Source: a virus
Direction: 5' to 3' (one strand)
IMG/VR virus record: IMGVR_UViG_3300018080_008188
Coordinates: 1 to 64,000 of that record
Length of the DNA stretch: 64,000 nt
Of this stretch, positions 10,405-20,321 are shown one piece after another. The notes beneath the pieces were generated by a model that ran no database searches, had not been told where the DNA came from, and saw only the letters and a program-made list of their open reading frames with translations. The number at the start of each line of letters is the position of its first letter. Position 1 is the stretch's first letter. Position numbers and translations under genes: made by a program.

Positions 10405-13093
10405 CGCGGAAGACATCCGCAGAGAAATCAGGACAAGAATCAGGGAAAAGATAGGGGAAATGAAACTGCGCGCGCTATGGCGCGTCGGAAGCCTTGTGTC
10501 TTTTGCCCAGTACGACGAGGACGAGGAAGGGAACAGTATTTTTGATGCCGGGCAAGAGGGGGAAGAGGAGGAAGAAGAGGACCTTGCCGCGAAATGGCTT
10601 CTGGAAAAGGAGGAGAAGCTGCGCAAGGAGCAGGAAAAGCCAAGGGTCCCTGTAGCTCAGGCTCCCGGGAAACTATGGGCGACTCCGGAATACGAATCTG
10701 ACAGGTTCGGGCGCGTTTCGTTTTCGCTGCCTCCGGCAAGCGGCATGTGGCCGGAAGATCCCGGTTCTTCGCCTGCCGGGTTCCCGCTCGGAGAGGAGGA
10801 TGTAGCCAGCAGGCAGGCTCTCACGCAGGCATTCCAGAAGCCTGAAACATGGAACGGTCTTGCGGAGGCGTCCAGAGATCCTAGGCTTGCTCCGGCGTTC
10901 CAGTCATGGCTTGTTCCGAAAGTCATCCTGCTGGTCGGAAAGAAATGGTGGAACGATTTCAAGCACCAGAGGCAGCTCAAGATGTCTCCGTTCGGCTTGT
11001 TCGATTCCGACTACTACAGAAGCAACCGAGACAGGCTGGACAAGAGTGCCCACGGCCGCGCCTGGATCGCTCTCGTACAGCAGGAGGTGGCGCGCATACT
11101 CGCGAAGTATCTCTCATCCAAGGGTCCTGGAAAAAACGAAAACATACACGGATACATATACACATCGCTCCATCGCAAAATGGCCGAGCTTGCAGGCGCG
11201 AATCAGGGATACAAAATGAAGATGGTAGGCGTGTGCGGATACTGCAAATTCAAAAGGCCTCTCATAACCCCTCCGGAGCTGGAGCTTGATAGGGAAACGG
11301 GCTTGTACAAATGCCCGGTATGCGAACAGTCGATCGAAAACAACGAGGAGGAGGTCGGCATCAAGCAGGAAGAGCTGGAAAACGCTGAGCAGCAGAAGGA
11401 GTGGCTGGAGGGTCAGATACAGGTTGTACAAAACCTTGTTGCCGCAGGCGAGGACGAACAGGAGCTTTTGGAGCGCCATGTGCAAAACCTGCGAAAAGTC
11501 CAAGAAAACATCCCGAAGCTGCGCCAGGAAGTGGAGGCGGAACGGGCCGACTTGTCGGCCAGGAAGCGGTTTCTTGCCATTCCGTACGTGCATGTCGGAT
11601 GCGCCAACGAGGACTGTCCGGTAGGCAGAGTTCCCCTTACATCGGTTGACTGGAGCAGTCCGTACTGGAGCGAGCCGGAAGGTAAAATGGCGCGCGCGTT
11701 CCTTTCCGACCGCTACAACATAGTGGAGCCGGGATGGGAGAGAAGCCGGGCGCAGCGCGCGGAAGACCATTGGGATGAGCTTTCCAAGCGCTCCAGGTAT
11801 TCGGCTCCGCCAGACGAGATGCTAAATGTTCCGTTCATATGCCCGTACGACGGCACGCGGTTCACCCCGGCAGAAGCCAAGGGCAGGGGTCCAATGGCAG
11901 CAAACTCTGGCTACCGGGTCGGCGGGATGATAATCCCTCCGCCGCTGTCAAGAAGATGGGTCACCGACCTTCAGAAGCATCCCGGCACTCAGGTAGGCGA
12001 AGAGGATGTTGGCCCGTCCTACCATATAGAGGATGTGAGGGAGCTGACTGGAGCGGAAGTCGACCTCAGCGCAAGCAAGGCGCATGAAAGATTCACATCG
12101 CAAATGGAGTTTCGCAAAAGGTTCGACTGGATGCGCGACATCCTAGAGGAGAAGCGCGACGACTACAGGGAAAAGATAAGGGACGAAGCCGGGAGCCTGA
12201 AGGCCAGCAAAGGCTCCAAGGCCAGAATGTATGTCCTGCGGGAAGACCTGTACGAATTTCTTTTGGATTGGTCGTCCAACAGCCCGATCCATTTTGTCGG
12301 ATGGGTTTGCGAAAGGGCTCCGCGCACCAGGAAGGTTATGGAGCAGCACGGGTTCAATGAAGACGGAACGCCCAACATGGAGTTTAAAAGCAATACGGAA
12401 TACCACGCCATGAGCAAAGAGGCTGCCGAGCAGGTGAATTCAATGATCCTGCAGGGATGGATGAAAAAAGTGATGGAGCGGCATCCGGCGGATTGGCTTG
12501 ATCTGCTTGTCGGGCGCGGAAAATGGGGAAAGGGAGTTTCGTCGTGGCTGACGACGGAGCACCAAGACGGAGTTCCTCCCGTGGCGTATTTCATCTCTCC
12601 CGTAGAGCAGCGCGGAAGCGACCTGTCTTTCGCTCCATGTATGCTGCGCTACACGAAGGCGAAAAAAGTCGTGCGCAAGGGTGAAGGCGGCGAAAGTGTC
12701 GCTGAATGGGTGGCGTACGGCAAAAAAACGCCCTTGGGAATTCATCAGCGGCACAGCAAAACCTATAAGGGTCAGCCGAGGATTGCCGCAATCATGGGAG
12801 TGTGGGACTATCGCGGGCAGCCGGTTGGGGAAAAGACTACCGGTTTGCCGATTCCCGCAGACCAGGGCGATATGGTGGCCGGCGATCTGAGATCGCTAAG
12901 CCACGCCGTGGCGCAGCCGGATTTCAAGGGCGTGTACCTGCGCAACGACCAGCTGGGCATGGCGGACGGAGACCATGTGCTGGTGAAAGCCGTATTTATG
13001 CCGTGGAGTGGAGGCTGGCTGCCGATGAAAATCATGCACGAAGTGTACAGGGGCGTCAAGGAAACCGCCGACCACGAAGGAATGTCGAAATGA
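10391..13093 (+). CDS. large hypothetical protein with Cys (Zn-ribbon-like) clusters and a coiled coil
   Basis: 900 aa; CGYC...CPVC and CANEDC...CPYD; ATGA overlap with the next gene. Confidence 0.75.
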   Translation: MRMNSAEDIRREIRTRIREKIGEMKLRALWRVGSLVSFAQYDEDEEGNSIFDAGQEGEEEEEEDLAAKWLLEKEEKLRKEQEKPRVPVAQAPGKLWATPEYESDRFGRVSFSLPPASGMWPEDPGSSPAGFPLGEEDVASRQALTQAFQKPETWNGLAEASRDPRLAPAFQSWLVPKVILLVGKKWWNDFKHQRQLKMSPFGLFDSDYYRSNRDRLDKSAHGRAWIALVQQEVARILAKYLSSKGPGKNENIHGYIYTSLHRKMAELAGANQGYKMKMVGVCGYCKFKRPLITPPELELDRETGLYKCPVCEQSIENNEEEVGIKQEELENAEQQKEWLEGQIQVVQNLVAAGEDEQELLERHVQNLRKVQENIPKLRQEVEAERADLSARKRFLAIPYVHVGCANEDCPVGRVPLTSVDWSSPYWSEPEGKMARAFLSDRYNIVEPGWERSRAQRAEDHWDELSKRSRYSAPPDEMLNVPFICPYDGTRFTPAEAKGRGPMAANSGYRVGGMIIPPPLSRRWVTDLQKHPGTQVGEEDVGPSYHIEDVRELTGAEVDLSASKAHERFTSQMEFRKRFDWMRDILEEKRDDYREKIRDEAGSLKASKGSKARMYVLREDLYEFLLDWSSNSPIHFVGWVCERAPRTRKVMEQHGFNEDGTPNMEFKSNTEYHAMSKEAAEQVNSMILQGWMKKVMERHPADWLDLLVGRGKWGKGVSSWLTTEHQDGVPPVAYFISPVEQRGSDLSFAPCMLRYTKAKKVVRKGEGGESVAEWVAYGKKTPLGIHQRHSKTYKGQPRIAAIMGVWDYRGQPVGEKTTGLPIPADQGDMVAGDLRSLSHAVAQPDFKGVYLRNDQLGMADGDHVLVKAVFMPWSGGWLPMKIMHEVYRGVKETADHEGMSK

Positions 13094-15798
13094 GGCGGCG
13101 TTCATGCGCGGCTTTCGACGAACGCTGCGAGCCGGACATCTTTGCCTTCGCCAAGGACCCGCTTTCCTCGTACAAGTCCAAAAGGGAATTTGGCGATACT
13201 CCGGAGCCTTCAGGCTCCACGGCGGGAAAAAACAAGCACAGGTTCGTCATCCAGAGGCACAAGGCCAAGCGCGCCGGGGAACATTTTGACCTTCGCCTTG
13301 AGAACGACGAAGGCGCGATGACTTCATGGAGCATTCCCAAGCACAGGATGCCCGAAGGAAAGGAGAAGCTCCTGGCAATCAAGACTGAAGACCATCCGCT
13401 TGAGTACCGGACATTCGAGGGCGAGATTCCCAAGGGCGAATACGGAGCTGGAAAAGTGTCTGTCCATGATTCTGGAACCTATGACGAGCTGGAACATTCG
13501 TCATCGAAAATCGTTTTCAAGCTCAAGGGAAAAAAGGAAAAGGGAACCTACAGGATCTTCAAGACCGACGGGAAGCGTTGGATGATCATGGAGCATAATC
13601 CAGGCAGCAAAGCTGACGATGTGGAAAAGGTTGTTATACTTCTTCGCGGTGGCGAAAAGCAGCCCAATATTCAAAATGGCATCTTCTCTGGTGCGAGAGG
13701 CCGGAGTTTCGATGAAAGGCTGAATGGGATGGAAGTTTCCTTTGCGAACGAGCCCGAGTGTACTGGAAGGCTGAGCGGATGGTTCATTGTAACAAAGCCG
13801 CTTTCCAGTCATCCGGGTCTCCGTTTACAGGTTATTCCGGACGATGGCAGGCATTCTATTTTTGCTTCTGTCAACCAACTTCTTCTGCCTGACAATGTGG
13901 AAATTTCTTGGCTTCCTGAATTCGAACCATTTGCCGAGAAAAAGGCATCCGCTTCCAGAATGAAAGCCATTTCCGTCAGGCAGCCTTGGGCTAGTCTCAT
14001 AGCGGACGGAGGAAAAACCATTGAGACGCGCACATGGGGAACGAAATACCGCGGTCCGCTACTCATAGTGTCTTCCGCCAAGCCAAAAATAGAGCCGGCC
14101 GGCTTTGCGCTTGCCATAGCCGATCTTGTCGACTGCCGGCCGATGACGCCTGAAGACGAGAGCCGCGCCATGTGCGAATCATATCCGTCAGCCAATTCGT
14201 GGGTGCTTGACAACATCAGAAAGATAGAGCCCTTCAGAGTCAGGGGGGCTCTTGGCTTGTACGATGTTGAAATGCCTAAAAATCCTCTGTTCGTGCGCAA
14301 TGCCAAGTACATAGACAAAATCAAGCAGGACAGCGGCAACATAACATATGTGTACAGCGACAAGCATATCGAAAAGAGGAACATCGACAAGGCGAAGAGG
14401 CTCAGGCGACTGAACAAGACCATGTCCAAGCTGCGCAGCCAGGTGCGCAAGGATCTCGCAAGCGACGACAAGCAGCTGCGCAACACGGCCCTTGCCGTGG
14501 CAGTCATCGACGAGACATATTCGCGCGTGGGTAATAGGAATTCGGCCGACGAGATGCAGCATTACGGGCTTACGACATGGATGGTCAAGCATGTGTCTTC
14601 CGGTTCCGATGGCATGCATATAAGATATGTCGGAAAGACTGGCGTCAAGCAGGACCGCAAGGTGACGGGAAAGCCCGCCAAGCTCATCAGGGATTTGTGC
14701 AAGGGCAAAAAGAAGAACGACACCCTGTTTGCGGGCGAGGGATACAGCGTCACGCCCAAGGCGATCAACGCATATCTGAGCCAGTTCGGCGTTTCAGCCA
14801 AGGACATTCGCGGACTGCATGCAAATTCCGAAATGGTCAGGGCGCTTAAGAAGGAGCGCAAGGGAAAACTGCCGTCCGACGAGGGCGAGAAAAAGAAGAA
14901 GCTCAAGGAAGAGTTCAACAAGGCGCTTGAGTCTGCCGCAGACAGGGTGGGGCACCAGGCGGGCACATTGCGAAGGCAGTATCTCATTCCATCGCTCGAG
15001 CCAGACTACCTGGGGGACGGCAAAATAGGCTCATTTGCGCTTGATGCGGAAGACGACCCACCGCTTTCCGCCAAGGCGGACTGGAAACGCAAACCATATT
15101 GGTTTGAACCATACGAAGAACCGAATGCGGCATCCTTCCGGGAAGTCAGCCACAAACTACAGCCGGGTCAAGGTACTTTTCTGAAGCCAAAAAGCGAAGA
15201 GGAACTTCTGCGCGAACAGGGTTTCATGGATGTTCGGCAAAAAGAGGAACATCGGTCGGACATAAAGCATCAGCCCGATGTTGAAAAGCAAAAACGGGAG
15301 CAGGAGCAGACCATGTCCGTTCCGCGCTTCGCAGACAGATTTGGTCTACAAGATGTGGAAAACCTCATGAGCAGACTTGGAGGCCAGGATATCGTGACCA
15401 CAAAGAGGAAGTCAGGCGGATTTAAAGCATTATGTAGGTTTCCATATGTCCATGGCGGCGCAAAATATCTTGTTGTTTCGGTAATAGCCGGACCGGACAC
15501 CTATTCAACGCCAGGCGGTGCCAGCGACCTTTATTCCGAAGTTGAGGTGTCGTTGTTGGACAGCAACGGAATGCGCGGCTTTCTGCCTGGCTTAAAAAAG
15601 CACTACGGTATTCCGTATAGTTATGAAGGCGTATATGTTGCACTCAACACCCAGCAGGTAAGGGACATGATGTACGCCATAGCAAACAATGAAGACCTTG
15701 GCGGCATCAGGAAGATTAGGCTTGATGAGGATATCGACGAAGAAGATTCAAACTATGGCGACGACGGGCTGCCGCTGTCCGCGCACATGGAAGCCTGA
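13090..15798 (+). CDS. polyprotein: LigD 3'-phosphoesterase + unknown + ASCH + DNA topoisomerase IB + unknown
   Basis: PE domain (YKSKREFGDTPEP, FVIQRH, HFDLRLE, SWSIPK, TEDHPLEY, YGAGKV). ASCH (KAISVRQPWASLIADGGKTIETR). TopoIB catalytic residues (RVGN, VGKTG, KDIR, VGH, RRQYL). Start at the ATGA overlap, 13090. Confidence 0.88.
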   Translation: MRRRSCAAFDERCEPDIFAFAKDPLSSYKSKREFGDTPEPSGSTAGKNKHRFVIQRHKAKRAGEHFDLRLENDEGAMTSWSIPKHRMPEGKEKLLAIKTEDHPLEYRTFEGEIPKGEYGAGKVSVHDSGTYDELEHSSSKIVFKLKGKKEKGTYRIFKTDGKRWMIMEHNPGSKADDVEKVVILLRGGEKQPNIQNGIFSGARGRSFDERLNGMEVSFANEPECTGRLSGWFIVTKPLSSHPGLRLQVIPDDGRHSIFASVNQLLLPDNVEISWLPEFEPFAEKKASASRMKAISVRQPWASLIADGGKTIETRTWGTKYRGPLLIVSSAKPKIEPAGFALAIADLVDCRPMTPEDESRAMCESYPSANSWVLDNIRKIEPFRVRGALGLYDVEMPKNPLFVRNAKYIDKIKQDSGNITYVYSDKHIEKRNIDKAKRLRRLNKTMSKLRSQVRKDLASDDKQLRNTALAVAVIDETYSRVGNRNSADEMQHYGLTTWMVKHVSSGSDGMHIRYVGKTGVKQDRKVTGKPAKLIRDLCKGKKKNDTLFAGEGYSVTPKAINAYLSQFGVSAKDIRGLHANSEMVRALKKERKGKLPSDEGEKKKKLKEEFNKALESAADRVGHQAGTLRRQYLIPSLEPDYLGDGKIGSFALDAEDDPPLSAKADWKRKPYWFEPYEEPNAASFREVSHKLQPGQGTFLKPKSEEELLREQGFMDVRQKEEHRSDIKHQPDVEKQKREQEQTMSVPRFADRFGLQDVENLMSRLGGQDIVTTKRKSGGFKALCRFPYVHGGAKYLVVSVIAGPDTYSTPGGASDLYSEVEVSLLDSNGMRGFLPGLKKHYGIPYSYEGVYVALNTQQVRDMMYAIANNEDLGGIRKIRLDEDIDEEDSNYGDDGLPLSAHMEA

Positions 15799-15801
15799 AC
15801 A

Positions 15802-15820
15802 CTATCAATAACCTAGCATC
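15802..15820 (+). promoter_or_regulatory. conserved intergenic motif, putative phage late promoter (copy 1)
   Basis: ctatcaataacctagcatc matches consensus CTAYYAATAA-N5-CATT, found in six intergenic gaps. Confidence 0.7.
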
Positions 15821-15840
15821 ATGTTGCGGAGGCTAATGAC

Positions 15841-16140
15841 ATGGGAATGGCTGAATTCCTTGAAAACAGGATGAAAGGCGAGGAAATATGCGTGAGCCTC
15901 GGGCAAGATGCCGAGACAGTCACGTTCGACCAGTATTGGACGTCCAACCGCGAGTTTTTTCAAGGGAAAGTGGCTTGCGTACAGGACGGAGTCCTGGAGC
16001 TGGAAATTGCCGGGCAGGGGTCCGTATGGATTGCGTGCAGCGAGATACAAGCCATGTGGCGGCCGGGATTTAATTATTACCGAGCTGTGCGGGCTACAGT
16101 GACCGGACGGCCGCAAGGCGGAAGGAGAGGTCAGTCGTAG
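15841..16140 (+). CDS. small beta-rich hypothetical protein
   Basis: GGAGG RBS; lies downstream of the promoter motif. Confidence 0.7.
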   Translation: MGMAEFLENRMKGEEICVSLGQDAETVTFDQYWTSNREFFQGKVACVQDGVLELEIAGQGSVWIACSEIQAMWRPGFNYYRAVRATVTGRPQGGRRGQS

Positions 16141-16141
16141 C

Positions 16142-16822
16142 ATGCTTATCAAGCTAGCGCGCATTGTGAAGCGCAAGGGAAAATGGTGCGTTATCGGCCA
16201 CAAGAAGGGCAAGGGCGGCAAGCACAAGGTTTTTGGCTGCTACAACAGCAAGGAAAAAGCCAAGAAGCGCCTTGGTCAAATATATTTCTTCAAGAGCCAT
16301 GGTGCTTTGGACAGGCTGCTTGAAGCCGCAGACGAGATGGACAGCAGGGGAATGCTTCATCTTGCGGACGCTGTCGAAGCATGCGTGGAAACCGTTGTGT
16401 CCATGGGGCTTGACGACGGAAATCCGGCGTCGGTGAGAATCGGGAAGATCGTATCCTTGCTTGAGAAAAGGGGCGAGCACGATCTTGCCGAAAAGGTGGA
16501 TGCCGCGGTGCCGGACATCATAGACGTCGAATCTGGAAGGGAGTGCGGAGAGTGCCCGGACATGGAGGTTTTCGCCATGTCGCGGCGCATTGGCGGATCT
16601 TTCGTAAGGACGGCTGACAGAATGTACAAGACGGCCATTGAACTGCGGCGCATATGGAACGAAGGTGCGGTGGGCGATGACAGCTTCGAGCACAGGAAAA
16701 TGCGCGAGTTGCGCTGCGTGCTGAAGACGGGGTTTCTCGCCCCGCCGCCGCCGGGCTGCAAGGTGCCGAAGGGGTTTGTAAGCTGGTGGGACTATTTCAA
16801 CAAGGCAGGGGACAAGGAATGA
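16142..16822 (+). CDS. putative head-internal protein with a basic N-terminal domain and two helical motif copies
   Basis: IVKRKGKWCV...FGCYNSKEKAKKRLGQIYFFK followed by two copies of the shared motif. Confidence 0.75.
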   Translation: MLIKLARIVKRKGKWCVIGHKKGKGGKHKVFGCYNSKEKAKKRLGQIYFFKSHGALDRLLEAADEMDSRGMLHLADAVEACVETVVSMGLDDGNPASVRIGKIVSLLEKRGEHDLAEKVDAAVPDIIDVESGRECGECPDMEVFAMSRRIGGSFVRTADRMYKTAIELRRIWNEGAVGDDSFEHRKMRELRCVLKTGFLAPPPPGCKVPKGFVSWWDYFNKAGDKE

Positions 16823-17439
16823 AACCAGAAGAGAAAGCCAGGGTGATTGAGGCGGACCTGCACAACCGCCTTGCCGATGCGGCTACGGCTGTTAGAGACG
16901 CCGTGCGCTTGCTCGCCGAAGCCGGCATGAGCCGGCAGAATGCAGAGCGGTCGATTATGGAGCTGCTTGAAGACGAGGTGTCGTTCGGAAAGGAGTCCGA
17001 AGAGGTGGGCGAGCTTGCGCGCATGGCAGAGCAGCTTGACTGCGACGGCCACTTCGAGGCGGCGGACGCCATGGATCGCCTGATGTACAAGAAGACGGCT
17101 GCCATCGAGCGCATGCGCAAAATGGCGGAATCCGCAGCGCTCGGAGAGTTCGGCGTTTCCGAAGACGACCAGGAGACCTACGATGTCGTAGCCGACAGCA
17201 TCCACAACATGCGCGGGGTCGACATCAGGGCGCTTGCGGGAATGTCCGAGGAGCTGAGGGGCGCGCTTTCGGGCATGACGGCTGACATGATGCGGCTGCT
17301 GGACAAGGTCCTGCAGCACAGCGGATCCGAGACCAAGGTTGGGTCGGTCGTCTCCAAGCTCGAGGAATACTACAAGTGGTGCTTTGCCAAAATTGCCGCT
17401 GCATCCAAGATTTCCGTGGGACCGTCGGAAGAGGAATAG
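16819..17439 (+). CDS. putative head-internal helical protein
   Basis: ATGA overlap with AAGGA RBS; motif ELARMAEQLDCDGHFEAADAMD. Confidence 0.7.
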   Translation: MKPEEKARVIEADLHNRLADAATAVRDAVRLLAEAGMSRQNAERSIMELLEDEVSFGKESEEVGELARMAEQLDCDGHFEAADAMDRLMYKKTAAIERMRKMAESAALGEFGVSEDDQETYDVVADSIHNMRGVDIRALAGMSEELRGALSGMTADMMRLLDKVLQHSGSETKVGSVVSKLEEYYKWCFAKIAAASKISVGPSEEE

Positions 17440-17440
17440 C

Positions 17441-18568
17441 ATGAGCCTTGAAGGCCGGCTTGAGGCATTGCGTCCCGAGCTTGCTCGCGCGGCACAGAAA
17501 GTAGTCGACGAATGGCAGCAGGACGAGGAGGGGATCGACGAGGTTTTCGGCGGCGGCGGCGCGTGCGACGAAGTTTCGCGCGCCATGGTTGAAGTGGTGT
17601 ACGACCGCCTTAAGGGCGTCGATGCGACATACGGGTCCCAGCCTGGGAACGATCATGAATGGATCGTGGCATACGACGGCAGCGAAGCATGCGTTGTGGA
17701 CATACCCCCGGGCGTCTATGAAGTTGGCGGCGGGTATTCATGGAAGAAAATCGAAGGAGCCGAGATATCGCCCGGCGACATTGTGATAGAGCGCATCGAG
17801 GCGGACTTGGTCCGGGACTTGTTCAGCGAGGGAATGAAAATGAAAAAGACTCTGATTGCTCTTGCAGAGGAGCTTGAAAGACAGGGAGAGGAGAACAGCG
17901 GCCTTCTTGCGCGTGCGCTTGCCGGGGCAACAGAGGTCAATGTCGGTGCTGGGAGTGTTCCTGGCGTCGTTGATGCGGGTGGCAGAAAGAACACTTCCAA
18001 ACAGGCAAAGGGACCTTCGACATACGGAGAGCTTAGTCAGGAAGACCAGCAGTTTGTACACAGCATGTCGGAAAATCTCATAAACCTCGGCAAGGATAGG
18101 AAGGAGGCGTGGAAGTATGCTCTAAACTATGTGCTGCGCAAGGCGAAGAGCGAGCAGGCAAAGAAGGCTCCCAAGCCGGCGGCTAGCGGAACCTTGGCGG
18201 ACCAGAAGCTAGTATGGGAGTTCCCGCCCCCGGAAGTGATGAGGGACATGTACGGATTCATAGCTTGGGCGCTTCCGCAGGCAGACCCGAAATATACAGA
18301 AATGGGTCGCAAGGGTGAAGTAGCAGCAGCCAGACGGGCGCTATACACAATGCTGAAGGTCAAGGGACCGAAGGTCGCCAAGATCATACAGGCAAAATAC
18401 AACAGGGCGCAGATGGAAGGTGATCGCAGGGAGATGAGCAGGCTGCGTCGCTGGTGGAAAGCGCTGACGGGCGTATGGCACATGTCCCAGAACCTGATGC
18501 GCCAGCTGAACGAATACGAGAAGTCGCCCGGCTACACGGCTGCTCCGGGCTACGGGGAGACTGAATAG
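17441..18568 (+). CDS. two-domain protein; N-terminal domain has a Cys-His-Asp (papain/transglutaminase-like) pattern
   Basis: GGACDEVS...DHEWIV...VDIP; the second half starts MKMKKTLIALAEELERQG (shared motif). Confidence 0.65.
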   Translation: MSLEGRLEALRPELARAAQKVVDEWQQDEEGIDEVFGGGGACDEVSRAMVEVVYDRLKGVDATYGSQPGNDHEWIVAYDGSEACVVDIPPGVYEVGGGYSWKKIEGAEISPGDIVIERIEADLVRDLFSEGMKMKKTLIALAEELERQGEENSGLLARALAGATEVNVGAGSVPGVVDAGGRKNTSKQAKGPSTYGELSQEDQQFVHSMSENLINLGKDRKEAWKYALNYVLRKAKSEQAKKAPKPAASGTLADQKLVWEFPPPEVMRDMYGFIAWALPQADPKYTEMGRKGEVAAARRALYTMLKVKGPKVAKIIQAKYNRAQMEGDRREMSRLRRWWKALTGVWHMSQNLMRQLNEYEKSPGYTAAPGYGETE

Positions 18569-18572
18569 TTCC

Positions 18573-20321
18573 ATGTCCGCGAACAACCGGAAGGTCGCCC
18601 ATGGGGTCGTAAAGGAGGCTCAGAGCCCCATGGACCCCGTAAAAAGAACGGCGGAATCCATCACAAAAATCATTAACTTTCTCCTGTTCCGCGTTCCGCA
18701 GAAGAACAAGAGGCGGTACCTGTCCAGGATCCGCGGAAAGATCATGCGGCTTCCGGCTGGGCAGATAGGTCTCAAGCAGATGCCGCCAAGCGCGTCAATA
18801 GGACAGTCCATAAGCCTTACGAGGAACATCCTTGCTGGTCTGAACCCGTTTTTCGTCCAGCAGGTTATCGACGAGGTCGGGCGTACCCTGGAAGGCGTCA
18901 GGGACGTACACTACCCGTCCCCGCCCACAATGCTTCCGCAGGTCGGGAAAGGGCGAAAGGGCAGGTCGTTCGAGCCCACAGCGTCCGAAAACCCGCCCCT
19001 TTGCAAACATGCGCAGAATGTCGTTGTTATGCCTTGGGACCCGGCCGTAAGAGCGGCTGTCGAGCGCATCAAAAGCAAGTATCCAGGTCTGCTCAGGCAG
19101 GTGAAGAAGATAACCGTATATCCTGGAAGCTCCGATCATCTCGGGCATGTGCAGTCGGGGCCCGGGAAGGACCCGCGCGAAATACACCTTTTCAAGGGAT
19201 CGATAGAAAACGCTATGAAGCGCGCCCTTAAGGGCGCTAAGCCAAGCCAGGCGGACTACAACGCAATGCTGGAAATGGCCATCGTCGAGGTGATAGGGCA
19301 CGAGGCAGGACATATCGGGGAGCACGAGCGGACTGAAGAGCAGATGATGGCGCAGCCGTTTCATGGCGAGCCGCAAGCGGAAGCCAAGAGCAGGGAGGCG
19401 CTGAAGCGGATATATCCCGAACTCAGGGCGGACGACGACGCTGCGTTTTTCAATGCGCGCGCATGCCGCAGGCGCGGTGTCGGTCGCATGCTTGGACATA
19501 TGTTCGACACGCTTGGTGCCCGCATCGGAGACGGATGCTTTCGGGAAAGGCTGGCAGAATGGCAAGCGGACCGCGGAATCGAACCCACCGGAAGGCTTGA
19601 CCGCCTAACGCTTGCGATGCTGAGGTCGCAGTTGGGGCACAGGAACTTCGACAGGTTTCCTAGGAATTTCGGCATGGTGTCGCAGCAGCCGCACTGCCTA
19701 TGCAGGGGAGGTCTGCCGGACAGCGAAGACCAGCTCAAAGCCTTGCGGGACGAACTCGGCATCAGGCGCATTGTGTCTTTGGACACAAGATTTCCGGAGC
19801 TTGCCGGCTGGTGCGCAAACCTAGGGCTGGAGCATGTTCCCCTTCCGTTTGAGCACGGGTCGCCGGCTGACGAGGGGTGGACCTTGATGGGACCCAGCGT
19901 TTCCGGTTTCCTGTCTGAGTCTCCGACATATGTACACTGTCTACACGGTGCCGACCGCACAGGTGGAATCGTTGCCAGGCATCGCACGGAATCCGGCTGG
20001 CCATGCGACCTTGCGTACCGCGAAGCAAAAGCGTACGGATTCAAGGATATGTTCGTGGACATGATCGACAGGTTCGTGGACACATGCTCATGCGACCCGG
20101 AATCGCATCGCCATCCTCCGCTTGACACATCGTACATAAGGAACGCGCTGAGAAAACAGACAAGAAACGAGCACATTGAGCAGAATCTGATAGAGCCAAC
20201 GCCAGCAGACCTGCAGTTTAACACTGAAAACCAGGGATACAGCAGCGGACCGGGATCGTTCATGAGCAATCCTTACGGCATACGGTCGATCCCCGTAGCC
20301 ACCGAAGGCGGCGGCAGATGA
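18573..20321 (+). CDS. polyprotein: zincin-like (HEAGH) + peptidoglycan-binding + protein tyrosine/dual-specificity phosphatase
   Basis: VIGHEAGH; WQADRGIEPTGRLDRLT (PG-binding-1-like); PTP P-loop VHCLHGADRTG. Confidence 0.82.
   Translation: MSANNRKVAHGVVKEAQSPMDPVKRTAESITKIINFLLFRVPQKNKRRYLSRIRGKIMRLPAGQIGLKQMPPSASIGQSISLTRNILAGLNPFFVQQVIDEVGRTLEGVRDVHYPSPPTMLPQVGKGRKGRSFEPTASENPPLCKHAQNVVVMPWDPAVRAAVERIKSKYPGLLRQVKKITVYPGSSDHLGHVQSGPGKDPREIHLFKGSIENAMKRALKGAKPSQADYNAMLEMAIVEVIGHEAGHIGEHERTEEQMMAQPFHGEPQAEAKSREALKRIYPELRADDDAAFFNARACRRRGVGRMLGHMFDTLGARIGDGCFRERLAEWQADRGIEPTGRLDRLTLAMLRSQLGHRNFDRFPRNFGMVSQQPHCLCRGGLPDSEDQLKALRDELGIRRIVSLDTRFPELAGWCANLGLEHVPLPFEHGSPADEGWTLMGPSVSGFLSESPTYVHCLHGADRTGGIVARHRTESGWPCDLAYREAKAYGFKDMFVDMIDRFVDTCSCDPESHRHPPLDTSYIRNALRKQTRNEHIEQNLIEPTPADLQFNTENQGYSSGPGSFMSNPYGIRSIPVATEGGGR

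Noticed and set aside
12802-13089. N-terminal extension of track ORF 12802-15798
   Set aside because: It overlaps the upstream gene and reads as off-frame sequence. The ATGA overlap at 13090 is the likely start.
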